A DNA stretch of 63,272 nucleotides, the filler included, from Octopus bimaculoides (lineage: Eukaryota): NCBI RefSeq assembly GCF_001194135.2. It is 7 parts of 6 records of this genome, joined end to end, with 100 filler letters (N's around TTAATTAATTAA, not from the genome) between each part and the next. Parts side by side here need not be neighbours in the genome. Positions count along the whole stretch, not along the records: positions 47,169 to 57,896 come from NC_068990.1; positions 57,997 to 60,492 come from NW_026428912.1; positions 60,593 to 63,272 come from NC_068990.1; 4 more parts are not named here. One strand, given 5' to 3'. Below the pieces are notes generated by a model that made no database searches, had not been told where the DNA came from, and saw nothing but the letters and a program-made list of their open reading frames with translations. Below, in pieces: positions 51,390-63,272 of this stretch; within the stretch, counting starts at the first letter, position 1; every line of letters starts with the position of its first letter. The position numbers and the translations under genes are program-made.

Positions 51390-52340
51390 AAAAGGTGGTG
51401 AGCTGGCAGAAACGTTATCACGCCGGGGCAAGATGCTAAGTGGTATTTCGTCTGTCTTTACATTCTAAGTTCAAATTCCACCAAGGTCGATTTTGCCTTT
51501 CATCTTTTCAGGGTCGATAAATTAAGTACCCGTTGCATACTGGGCTAAATGATGACAATAATGACGATGATGATGATGATGATGATAACCAGTTTATTGC
51601 CCCTTACATGGGGTCCCCTAAGGCTCATATGAATCCCAGCTGAGAACTATAGATGTAGAAGACCCTAAATTGGTTGATATAATTGTTTTCTAATTTAATT
51701 AGTTTCCTATCAATCTTAATCTCGTAGACTTATGGTCAAAGACATTCCAGCCTTGGCCAGCCCATCTAACACAACACTATTTAATATTCTAAGGTGGCAA
51801 GCTGGCAGAAATGTTAGCACGCCGGTCAATAAATTAAGTACCAGTTATGCAGTGGGGTTGATGTAATCGACTTAATCCTTTTGTCCGTCCTGTGTATAGC
51901 CCCTTGTGGGCAATAAACAAATAAGAAACGTTAGCACACCGGGCGAAATGCTTAGCAGTTTTTGTCTGTCTTTACATTCTGAGTTCAAACTCTGCTGAGG
52001 TCAACTTTACCTGTCATCATTCGGGTTTGATAAATTAGGTACCAGTTACATACTGGATTCAATCTAATCAACTGGCTCCCTCCCCCAAAATTTCGGGCCT
52101 TGTGCCTAGAGCATAAAAGAATATTTATATCTTAATAAGGTGGTAAGTTGGCAGAAACGTTAGCATACTGGGTGAAATGCTTAGCAGTGTTTCCTTTGTC
52201 TTTATGTTCTGAGATCAAATTCTGCTAAGGTCAACTTTGCCTTTTATCCTTTCAGGGTCGATAAATAAGGTACCAGTTACGTACTGGGGTCGATCTAATT
52301 GACTGGCCCCCTCCTCAAAAATTTCGGACTCTGTGCCCAG
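51390..52340 (+). mobile_element. Cluster of SINE family B copies in + orientation
   Basis: Copies at about 51390-51545, 51790-51925, 51925-52120 and 52135-52335. Confidence 0.8.
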
Positions 52341-52859
52341 AGCAAAAAAGAATATTTCTTTTTAAAATGCTTATGTTTAACTTAAATACAATTTCTTGCA
52401 GGTTCAGCCACCACATATCAGCTTCATCATTAGCAAGCACACTGTTTATAAAATAAATGGAGATTCTATAATGGCATCGCTTTGATCAAACTATACTATT
52501 GCCCTAAAAATGTGTGGCTTTAGGCCAGTATGAGAAATCCTTATTATTTTTTTTTTTTTCATCTCAATACTCTAAGCTGAAATCTTGCCAGCTGTTACTT
52601 AGCTGTTCAACCCCAATATAAAAGATACATTAGGAACTCTGACAAATTGGCAGAGAACCACAACTTCAAAAGCACTACATGTGCAGAAGTAGTTAATAAG
52701 TTGGCAACTATGAAATCTGCTATATAAAGCGTTCAGGTATGTTGCTAGAGGAAGTAGAGTGTCTCTGTTAACTTGGTGACCTAATTAGTGCTCAGGGTTA
52801 TAGCAACTCAAAGATAATGAGGTTTTCTCTCCAATCAAAAAGTAGCCTAAATCATCATC

Positions 52860-53090
52860 ATCATCATCATAATCATCATCATTATCATTTAACGTCTGTT
52901 GTCCATCTTGGCATGGGTTGGACAGTCTGACCGGGTTGGCACATTGGAAGGCTGCACCAGACTCCAGTCTGATTTGGCGTGGTTTTCTATGGCTGGATAC
53001 CCTTCCTAATATCAACCACTCCAAGAATGTAATGGGTGCTTTTTTATGTGCCACCAGCACAGGTGCCATTTGCATGGCACTGGTATCTGC
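52860..53090 (-). mobile_element. RTE LINE 3' end fragment
   Basis: Reverse complement of the RTE tail with a (CAT)n end; another copy at 49490-49680. Confidence 0.7.
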
Positions 53091-54659
53091 CTCAACTGCG
53101 ATATTGCTCAGCTTGATAGGTCTTCTTCTCAAGCATGGCATAATGCTAAAGATCTCAGTCATTGCTTCCATGAGACCCAACACCAATAATTGAAATGGAT
53201 GCATAGATTATTGTTTTAGATTTCATAGGGGCAGATATGGCTGTGCTTAAGAAGCTTGCATTGCAATCACAAGGTTCTAAAGTTAAGTCCCAATGTGCAG
53301 CACCTTAAACAACCAAGTATCTTCTACTATACCCCTATGCTGACCTATGCTTTGTGATTGAATTTGGTAGATGGAAATTGAATGAAGCTCATTATGTGAG
53401 TATACACACATGTGTGTGTGTGCGTATGTATGTATGTATGTATCTGTGTTTGTATGTGTGTCTGTGTACATGTGTGTGCATGTGTGCATGCATGTATGTG
53501 TGTGTGCACGTGCATGCATGTGTGTGTATGTGTGTGCGCGTGCGTGTGTGTGTGTGTGTGTGCACGCACGCACGTGTGTGTGTATCCTGAATCTGCAGGT
53601 GTCAATTTGTTTTCATCCCTGTAACTTAACAGTTCAGCAAAAGAGACTGGTAGAATAAGTCTTAAAAACTTTAAAAGATATACTGAAATCAATTTGTTTG
53701 ACTATCAAGACAGTGCCCCAGCATGGCCGCAGTCGAATGACTGAAACAAGTAAAAGATGAAAGATAATATTAGATTACAAACACATAGCTCTTGAGTTCA
53801 AATTTACTGCAAATATTTTGTGGATTCAGCAAGCACACATAATTTTACTTTATCTCAGTTCTTGCTCACAAGTAACAATGCCAAATTAGATTTTCTATTA
53901 ATGTTATCTGCGATAGACTGCTGCCATACAAGATCAAATCAATTGGGTGTTTAACACATTAATGGTTCATTCGTGTCTATTTGTACGTGTTTCATACATA
54001 GCCAATACCCTCTATTCAATCCAACCTACCGTTTCTCACATCCTTATTGAACACCTTTAAATGTGATCACAATCTACATGACCTTCTGGGCCTCAATCTT
54101 TTCATCTATAGCCACAAGCAGTCAAAGTCAATGACTTCTTCCCAGCTCCAGTCGCCACACTTTTCTCTTCATCCACAACCTACCATTCTGCACGTCCCAG
54201 ATTCACTTTCAATGTTACTCAATTCCCTTTCACCTTAAGAATATAATCTAAATGTTAATCCTTCGGCATATAATATATAAGAGCAACCAGTTATAGATTA
54301 GCTGATTGATTTGGAGAGCATCTACTGAATATCAAACAATATGACATCCTACCACTGAAACCTGTTACCCATCTCCTCAGTTCTCTGGGTCAATTTCCCC
54401 TTCATGTCATTTCTGATCTTAGAAAACCACAGTATGTCTACTATTTGATTCCTTTATGAGCTATGGTGCATTTTCACTTCTGGAGAGCTACTACTCGGAG
54501 TGTCACTAATTATTTAGCTTTCCACTAAATCAGTTTCACAAAACACCCGCTCAGACGCACCTCCTATGGTGCTCAGATCACCTTGTACCACTTCCATCTA
54601 CTACTCATTCCACTCACATACATTCATACCCATACTCAAAAACATTAATTCATTTAGCA

Positions 54660-54798
54660 CATTATTTACAATTAACAAATATTTATCCTCATCTTGTTTG
54701 TTGCTAACACAACATTCGGGCAGATATACTCTCCAACATTCATCAGGTATCTTGGGGAAATTTCAAACCTGGGTTCTCATTCCTAAGGTATTTTCCGA

Positions 54799-54834
<36 letters not shown>

Positions 54835-55173
54835 CATTATTATTATTATTATTGTTATTGTAGAAAAGATTATTTTGAATATTGTGCCAATACCAGTCAA
54901 GCACTGGGGTCAATGTAATTGATGGCCCCTTTCCCCCAAAATTTCAGGCCTTGTGCCTATTGTAGAAAAGATTATTATTATTATTATCATTACTATTATT
55001 ATTATTATTATTATTTTAAAATTATTATTATTACTGTTATTGTTCAGGTCACTGTTTGGAATCGAACTTGGAATCTTGGGGTTAGTAGCCCGCGCTCTTA
55101 ACCACTACGCCATATGCCTGTGGGCATAATATAAATAATATACGTAATTCCTCATCTCTTAGACATAGAACTG
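54660..55173 (-). mobile_element. SINE family A (minus) fused to a + strand piece of its own 3' end; partial SINE B nested in its (ATT)n tract
   Basis: 54660-55124 is a minus copy with a decayed hammerhead at about 54705-54750; 55127-55173 matches 14395-14438; insert at about 54860-54975. Confidence 0.8.
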
Positions 55174-56979
55174 TATTTAGCACATTGCTGATGTTCACTT
55201 AACTTACTGCTCTTCATACTCTCATTTGCCAGATACTCTTTCCACTTATGTTCTGACATTGTTTACCATACTTGCTTGATAACACACATAAATTTTATCT
55301 CCAACAAGCATCTTTCTCACCTTCTCTACCAATTCTCTCTTGACAAAAGACACATTGTCCAAAACAATATCTTTACAGCATAATAAATTAATTTTGTCAT
55401 TGTTTTTTTTTAATATTTTTTTTTGTTTTTCCCTCATAATTTACCACTTCCAAAAAATCCCTGCTATTTTGCCTCCCTGGTGGTGCATAGGTTTCGTATC
55501 TTACTACTAACAGTTGTTGGATCACTTTACATACATTCTTTTTTTACATGTAATCACAAGGGCATTAATTTTTAAGAGATGTATAATTAAGTCTAATTAT
55601 ACTAATTATCTATTTATTCAATTACCTTGAAATTATGATAGACAAAGCCAGTTGTATGGGCAATTGAACTTGGAAATTAGTGGAAACATGAAAATCTAAA
55701 GAATTTAGTCAAATGGTCTACTATTCCTGCCAACCTACCTTCCTAGTCAACACTCTATCACTTATGGGGAGTCACTGTTTAATTAATGACTGTGTACTTT
55801 TCAGTGCTTACATCAACACCTTTTAGTTGTTAGAGTTGGCACTGCCTCCATGGTAACACAATCAACTGCATATGAATAAAACCCACACCTCCTCATAGGC
55901 TGAAATTTACTCGTCCCCTATTAAAATTCTATTCATATCAAGGATATATTATAGGAGTATGAATCAACCCTCAAAAGAAAGAAATGTAAAGTTGACCTTA
56001 TTGACTTTAACAGGATTTGAACTCAAAAAATATAAAGGACCATGATTAAATTCTGCTAGCAGTTTGTCATGTATTACATGCACTAAAAGCTTTTCTTTTC
56101 CTGAATATGTCCGATTGAAATTAGGATGTGTCTAATATACTCAAGCATCAACAAGCTGCCAGGATCATTATCACACCGAGCAAAATGCTTCATGGCATTT
56201 TGTCCATCTTTATACTTTGCTGAGGTAAACTTTGTTTTTCATCCTTTCAGAATCAATAAAATAAATACCAGTTGAGGACTGAGGTCGATGTGGTCGAATT
56301 ACCTCAACCTCTGAACTTGCAGGCCTTGTGCCAAAATTTGAAATCAATATACATGTGCATCATTCATGCCATCCAATATGGTATGTAATTGCTTTATGAA
56401 CCTATTTGTGAGAACCTGTGTCTTTAAGTAACATTCAAAAGAAAGAGTGAACTCAGCTTTGCAAGCTAATTAAATCCTCATATTACATGGCACTCTCACT
56501 GATCACATTAAACATGTTAGCATCTCAGTTAAATAGACTATTTGCTTATTAAATATCTCAGCTAAAGACTCATTGCAGTATCGATGATAGTATAAAAACT
56601 GTTAACTCTTTAATTAATGATTAATTACTGGTTAGTATATTTAATGTAAAACATGAAAAATCTAGTTAGGAATGCTAATGCCATGGGAGATGACATCACC
56701 TCAAAGGTTAATATTTATTAATGCTTTCAGCAAGTATGAGAAATAACTTCAGACAAGTTCAAGTCTTATTCAACTTCTTCAGTTTTTTCCTTTTTCTAAA
56801 TATACCCTTGTTGTATCTTGGGAGGGTCTTTATGCCAATAATGAAAGCATGCATGGTTTGCATTTCGATCATCGTCGTCGTCGTCATCGTCACCATCACC
56901 ATCACCATCACCATCATCATCATCATCATTATCATCGTCTTCATCATCGGCCTCATCATCATCCTCATCATTGTCGTCG

Positions 56980-57010
<31 letters not shown>

Positions 57011-59324
57011 TCATTCATTAAATGTTTAACTAGTTGACTGATGTTTATAAAAGAAGTGAAACAGAATCAGTGTGTGTATGTGTATTTATTATTGGCATAA
57101 TGACCCTCCAAGTAACAACAAAATCTGTTTCGACACAATTTCATGTCAAGAACCTTGCAAACCAAATAAAAAAAAATTATGATATTCAATTCCCACTTAA
57201 CTGTTGAATTACATGCAGATGGCACCAGTAGGTAACTTCAGTGATTTGTTGTTCTTCCTTGAAAGTTAATTGATAGTCTGGCAAATTATTTAACTCAGCC
57301 AGCCTCTTATCCATAAAGGAACACATCTTACATCAGATGTCCCATGTGTAAGACAGCTTTTAAATATTGAAATAATGTTAAATACTGTCTTACTAATAGT
57401 ACATCTGCTACATGAATTTGTCTTTGAGAGTTTGTCTTACAGATTTTTTTCTCTTCTCTTAAAACTATGTCTTGATTCTTAGAATGAGAATTGATTGCAG
57501 AATCTTCTTTTATTTTCTCATTTTGTTATAATTCGCATTCAGGTATCTTTGGGTTTATTTCTGTTTTATCATTGTTTTTTATTATTTTACTTTGAGAATC
57601 GATATTAGATTTTCATAGAAATTTTGCTTCCAAACACAAAACTATCAAATAGTAAACTGTTTCTTTCTTTAACTAAAATTTATATATAAAAAAAAAAACC
57701 AAGACAAAAACAAACAAAGAAGAATGGCAGAGTAAAAAAAAACAACAATCTTTATCTGAATAAGGCCAGAAAATACTTTATTTGTTTTCATTAGAACAAC
57801 ATGTTTAGATAGTATTGTCTGGCTAAACACAAAGAATACAATACTTAACAAGTGTGCCATCAATATGACCGAAAATAGCAGGATGTGTTAGAAAAANNNN
57901 NNNNNNNNNNNNNNNNNNNNNNNNNNNNNNNNNNNNNNNNTTAATTAATTAANNNNNNNNNNNNNNNNNNNNNNNNNNNNNNNNNNNNNNNNNNNNATAT
58001 ATATATATCAATGATATGAGTGTGCATCTGCGTCTTTCTGTGTGTATTTGTGCGTTTTTTTTCACAAATGTGCATTCATATGTATGCAGAATATAATCTA
58101 GTCGTCTTACTAATGAATAATTCCTGATATTATCTTGTGATTATTTCTCGTTTCTTTGTTTGCATTTTGCCATGCAGTATCCCGTGGCAACGTATTTTTT
58201 TGTCCTGTTATTGCTGACAATAGCAGAAGTGGCTTTCCTGGCTAAGGGCGACCACCTGTGCATTGCTTTGCTTTATTCCCTGAGAGTATATGAATATTCA
58301 TAGATCTTTTTCGCTTTGACTATTTAAACAGCGTAGAATATAGACGCATTATTGATGCCGATACTGTTGTATTGGTGACGGTGGTACAACAGACGTATTC
58401 ATTGTTCCTTTAATACAAGTTCTCACCCTATTAATTAAGCCTTCGCAGAAATTCTAAATCACAAAATCAAAATATCCGAAGTTGAACGGTTTGCAAGAAT
58501 GGCGTTTATATCTTAGGTTTTCGTACCTTCAAGTAAATGAAAGGTGAATTTCTCACCCGAATATTGCACAGTGTGTCTCCGGTATTAAGTAGCCAACTCA
58601 TGGGCCTTGAGTTCAGATTTGTGGATGGTGTTTCATTTAACCGATCTATTTTCCATATGTAGCAGTTAGTTCCATGAGTTTCAGTTCACCTTATTGTCAG
58701 AAATAGACGATATGCTCTTTAAGTGGGATTTTACGTAAGTTTGGCCGCTTACTAACAGGAAACCCCTTTTAGAACAAGCCAATGAGGGAACTTCTATGTC
58801 GGCATTCAATCTACAAGAAATAACATTCAAGTCTCCTTAAAATGACGCCTTACTGTCTTAAAAATGAAGGTCACCAGATAATGTAGTCCTAGATTATCTG
58901 TTTGGGAAACTACGGTTACTCAGTCTTTTGATCGTATGTCTGCTTCATGAGACATGCTTTATGATCCATTTTGGTTCTGAAGTATTTTTATGGGTTTTTC
59001 TTCTTACTGTCTTGTTAGGTCTATGCTTGCCATCAGAAATGCAGTAAACTAGTGATTGACTTGTTTGAAACCTTACCTTTATTGTTCATAAATGCATGGC
59101 ATAAAAAAAGATTACTCACCCCACAATATGAAAATGTTGGTTATCTTCAAATTCAAAACATATTTCAACATCAAATATTCCAAAGCATATTTAATATAGT
59201 TCTTATATAAAATCGTTTTAAATAGAATATTTATGTTGAGAAGCAGCTTATACACACACCCTTTATACATGTTTCTGTCTCTAACTATTGATATCATTAT
59301 TATACACTTTTAGTAGAGAAGGGT

Positions 59325-59711
59325 GTGGAGGCGCAATGGCCCAGTGGTTAGGACAGCGGACTCGCGGTCATAGGATCGCGGTTTCGATTCCCAGACCGGG
59401 TGTTGTGAGTGTTTATTAAGCGAAAACACCTAAAGCATCATGAGGCTCCGGCAGGGGATGGTGGCGCACCCTGCTGTACTCTTTCATCACAACTTTCTCT
59501 CATTCTTACTTCCTGTTTCTGTTGTGCCTGTAATTCAAACGGTCAGCCTTGTCACATTGTGTCACGCTGAATATCCCCGAGAACTACGTTAAGGGTACAC
59601 GTGAGTCTGGAGTGCTCAGTCACTTGCACGTTAATTTCACGAGCAGGCTGTTCTGTTGATCGGATCAACTGGAACACTCGACGTCGTAAGCGACGGAGTG
59701 CCACACAACAC
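59325..59711 (+). mobile_element. Full-length tRNA(Arg)-like SINE with TSD
   Basis: A box TGGCCCAGTGGTTAG, TCG anticodon-like loop, B box GGTTTCGATTCC; 10-bp TSD agagaagggt (59315-59324 / 59712-59721). Confidence 0.88.
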
Positions 59712-60592
59712 AGAGAAGGGTATATGAAAATTAAATTCGTCTGTGTTTCATAGGCGTAATTGGATTTATTCAGTGTGTAATTTTATTCAGCACTTTATTT
59801 AGTTAGTGTTCGGTAGGGAGTTTATACCAATAGGTCTTAACCTGCGCGGTAGCGCCACTTTGAGGAGACTTTTAACTTACAGGTGATGTTATAAGGGATG
59901 CTGGGTGTTGAGGAGCCGTGATTTTTCTTAGAAATAAAATATCTAAACCAGATACAATAATTACATTTTAAACATATTTTCAAAAAATCCCTTCTCTGGA
60001 TCAAACTATGAATAGGACACTCTCAACGAGCAGAAAAACGAGTATTATGCACCGAAGTCCATTATAATTTCAATTCGAAAGTCCTGGGCTTTAATAATTT
60101 CCATGAGAATTTAGCATAAATGGCACTAACCCATGCAAATATTTAAATAAATAAATAAATAGATAAATAAATAAACAAATGAAAAGGTGCTTGCAAGGTG
60201 GGATAGGACAAAAATTATGGCTTAAACTACTGCATAAAATTAACTTTCGTTTGATTAAAATAATCTGTTGTTATTACTGATTCATTTATTTACAAAACAT
60301 GCAGAAGGAGTGGTATTTATAGAACACCATTCGATGAAAGGTGCTGAGTTACAAAATATTCGAGAAACATTATTTATATGATTGGTGAATAGTCAAACTG
60401 GGCCAGATTTGATTTACTTGAAGAAGTAGCTTTCACACCATGGGTACTTCAGAATAGCGGCTGCTAATAACGGTTACTTTTATGTAAGATAGNNNNNNNN
60501 NNNNNNNNNNNNNNNNNNNNNNNNNNNNNNNNNNNNTTAATTAATTAANNNNNNNNNNNNNNNNNNNNNNNNNNNNNNNNNNNNNNNNNNNN

Positions 60593-60654
<62 letters not shown>

Positions 60655-61035
60655 CCACATTAATAATAAGGAGAACAGAGATTTATATATATCCAGTTTT
60701 ATTCTGTTGTCAATCATGTTCCATTTCTGTGCCTACATATGTTTCTGCTGGATTTCGTGCACATTGCAAAATTTTGCGTCTTGGTGTGCATTTTAGTGTT
60801 AATTGCCTTATCTCCAGAGTGCTATTATCAGCTTTTCGGATCCCATCTAAACGAAATACAAGTCCAACCAAAAACTTTCATGCATGTGGTGTTTGGTGTT
60901 AGTATTCTAATTTATGTACGCTTATGTGTGTATATATATATATGGGAGAATTTATGAAAAACAAAACAACAAACGAGGACAGGTGGTGTAAACAACAGAA
61001 GGATGTATTAGTTTAACGCTCGGGAATAGAGAAAG

Positions 61036-61072
61036 TCTTTAACGTTTCGAGCTACGCTCTTCAACAGAAAGA
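61036..61072 (-). ncRNA. Minimal hammerhead-like motif with A6U core
   Basis: UCUUU-CUGUUGA-A-GAGC(GUA)GCUC-GAA-ACGU-U/AAAGA: perfect stems I and II, palindromic stem III. Confidence 0.55.
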
Positions 61073-61132
61073 ATAAGGAGAAAAGGAGGAGAAAAACACG
61101 GAGAAAAAAATGAATGTTGTGGTCAGCGATCT

Positions 61133-61176
<44 letters not shown>

Positions 61177-61374
61177 NNNNNNNNNNNNNNNNNNNNNNNN
61201 NNNNNNNNNNNNNNNNNNNNNNNNNNNNNNNNNNNNNNNNNNNNNNNNNNNNNNNNNNNNNNNNNNNNNNNNNNNNNNNNNNNNNNNNNNNNNNNNNNNN
61301 NNNNNNNNNNNNNNNNNNNNNNNNNNNNNNNNNNNNNNNNNNNNNNNNNNNNNNNNNNNNNNNNNNNNNNNNNN

Positions 61375-61423
<49 letters not shown>

Positions 61424-61435
61424 CGTGTGTGCGTC

Positions 61436-61466
<31 letters not shown>

Positions 61467-62049
61467 TTTATATTACAAAAGTGAGACGAAGAAATGAAAT
61501 ATTGAAAGACATTGGTGAAATGAAATCTGGTAAGAATTAAGATAGAAAATGTATATTCACCAAATTAACTTTGTGCAATTATAGAGACAGTATTGTCAAT
61601 GGGGGACATTCATGCCAAAAGCGAGAAATTGTAGCTAACACATGGTGTTAAATCTTTCGTCTCATTCAACCTACAAGATACATAGAAACATACATACGTA
61701 CACACAAATATATACGAGATATTTCCATACGCGCACATACAATTATACATACGTACATGCATACATACATGGTTTAGAATTATCCAGCTAATAATAAGAT
61801 ACAATAACAATTGCTACTGCTAATGAGGCATTCTACTTATGTGAACAATGTAGAAGACAAAGATGACGACATTAGCGACGGTAGCGACAACTACGACGAC
61901 GAAGACGACGACAACAACAGTAACAACAAACTAGACAGCATTTCTAATTTGTTTCTTACATGTAATCTGATCAGGTTTATATACACGTCTTAATTTGACT
62001 TCTGTGATTATCACACACATAATAGATAAGCCTGGATATCTGTGGTTAT

Positions 62050-62700
62050 AAGAATGAATCGTCGTCGTCGTCATGTAACGTACGCTTGCAGCGCATTGCA
62101 GAAACGGCACAAGCGAGTTCCTCTGCCACTGTTGTCCAACCAGCTCATGATATTATCCATTCATTGCGTTCTTTGCCTGCCTCTTGATCTACAAACTTCT
62201 ACTCCTCCTTCTACGATAATGTTTTCCAGACCTCTGCTTCTTCGAATACGGCCCTAATGGATAAACTTTTCTTTTTTCAAAATGGTCAGGAGATTTTCTT
62301 TCCTTCCGCTCAGATAGTAATCTACAAAATAAGTTGTAGAAATGTAAGAAGCATGCCATTAGTCCACATTCGTTCAACAGCCTTAGGTCACTAAGAGTGG
62401 ATGTGGTGGACATCAGTGAGACTAGAATTCGCATGTACCCGAAGCCATCTTCAGCGTCAATGAAGGGTTCACATCTTTTGCTCAGTCTTGACGGATGGAA
62501 TGGTAGTACAGTTCCAGAAAATCATAGATCTGAAAATACAGATGTTTCTTTCTCCAAAGTAGACAAATGGTGGTGCTGGATGGACATCACAGCGAAGATA
62601 GTACATTCAGTCTCGTGACCGATTTGTTCCAACTGGATAAAAGGAACCGAATTCCTTCAACTGCCTAGACACATTTCTGTAGTAGCAGTGAAAGAAGGGA
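62050..62700 (-). mobile_element. Decayed RTE-like LINE 3' fragment
   Basis: IIVEGGVEVCRSRGRQRTQ*MDNIMSWL resembles the RTE/BovB G..EG.R.RGR....W.D motif; (GAC)n tail. Confidence 0.65.
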
Positions 62701-63190
62701 AAGGTATTTTGGGATGCAAGTTAGTGAAAAAGTAATATTAATGTAATAACAGGAATAATATTGTAATGGTTAAGATGTTGAAGATGATGGAGGTAGTTGC
62801 GGTGATGACGATGGTGATAACGATGATGATAATGATTATAATAGTAATCATCAGATGATGGTGATGATCAGTGATAAAGGTGATATAATGCAGTGAACAA
62901 GAATATATATGTGGACACAATAATAGAGTTGAGATAATGACATTGATCATGAATATAGTAGTAGCGATGACGATGATGATGAAGATGGTGGTGGTGGTGG
63001 TGGTGATGGAGGTGATGATAATGATGATGATGATGGTAGTGATGGTGATGTGAGAATACGTTCTTCATCTTAGTGCACAACGGGTACACAAAAAATATAT
63101 ATTTACTAAGTAACTTTGACGACACATATTTCAATTGGAAGCTGTTAACACTATTTTCTATACACAGTTGGACCCACCACCGACATGCAA

Positions 63191-63272
<82 letters not shown>

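Noticed and set aside
59325-59400. Apparent tRNA-Arg gene (and similar tRNA-like heads at 14180 and 37447)
   Set aside because: No proper acceptor stem; continues into a SINE body bounded by a TSD.

Overview
AT-rich, repeat-dominated animal genomic DNA. The SINE repertoire, (CA)/(TA)/(GAT) microsatellite density and intron sizes point to a coleoid cephalopod, most likely Octopus (inference). The only well-supported host gene is a minus-strand leishmanolysin-family (M8) zinc metallopeptidase of the CIROP/LMLN2 type. I resolved 10 phase-compatible GT-AG exons between 20497 and 4159 (1059 bp, 353 codons, no stops), with intact HELFH, the third zinc His (SHWD) and a Met-turn. Its 5' and 3' exons were not found. 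The 5' side stops at one of six artificial 100-bp scaffold joins (N44-TTAATTAATTAA-N44). The rest is transposon debris: a mariner carrying a nested solo LTR, hAT and mariner MITEs, RTE and R4/Dong-like LINE pieces, a Penelope-like RT/GIY-YIG element, Tc1/maT-like and Chapaev-like transposase fragments, and many tRNA-derived SINEs. The most interesting signal is eight minimal type-I hammerhead-ribozyme-like motifs from about five unrelated repeat families. They include one in the tail of a tRNA-headed SINE that occurs at two loci as an inverted (fold-back) insertion, and a G3:C8 core-swapped variant beside the Penelope ORF. Together these suggest a Penelope-dependent set of ribozyme-bearing short retroelements. 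That hypothesis rests on manual folding and is untested.
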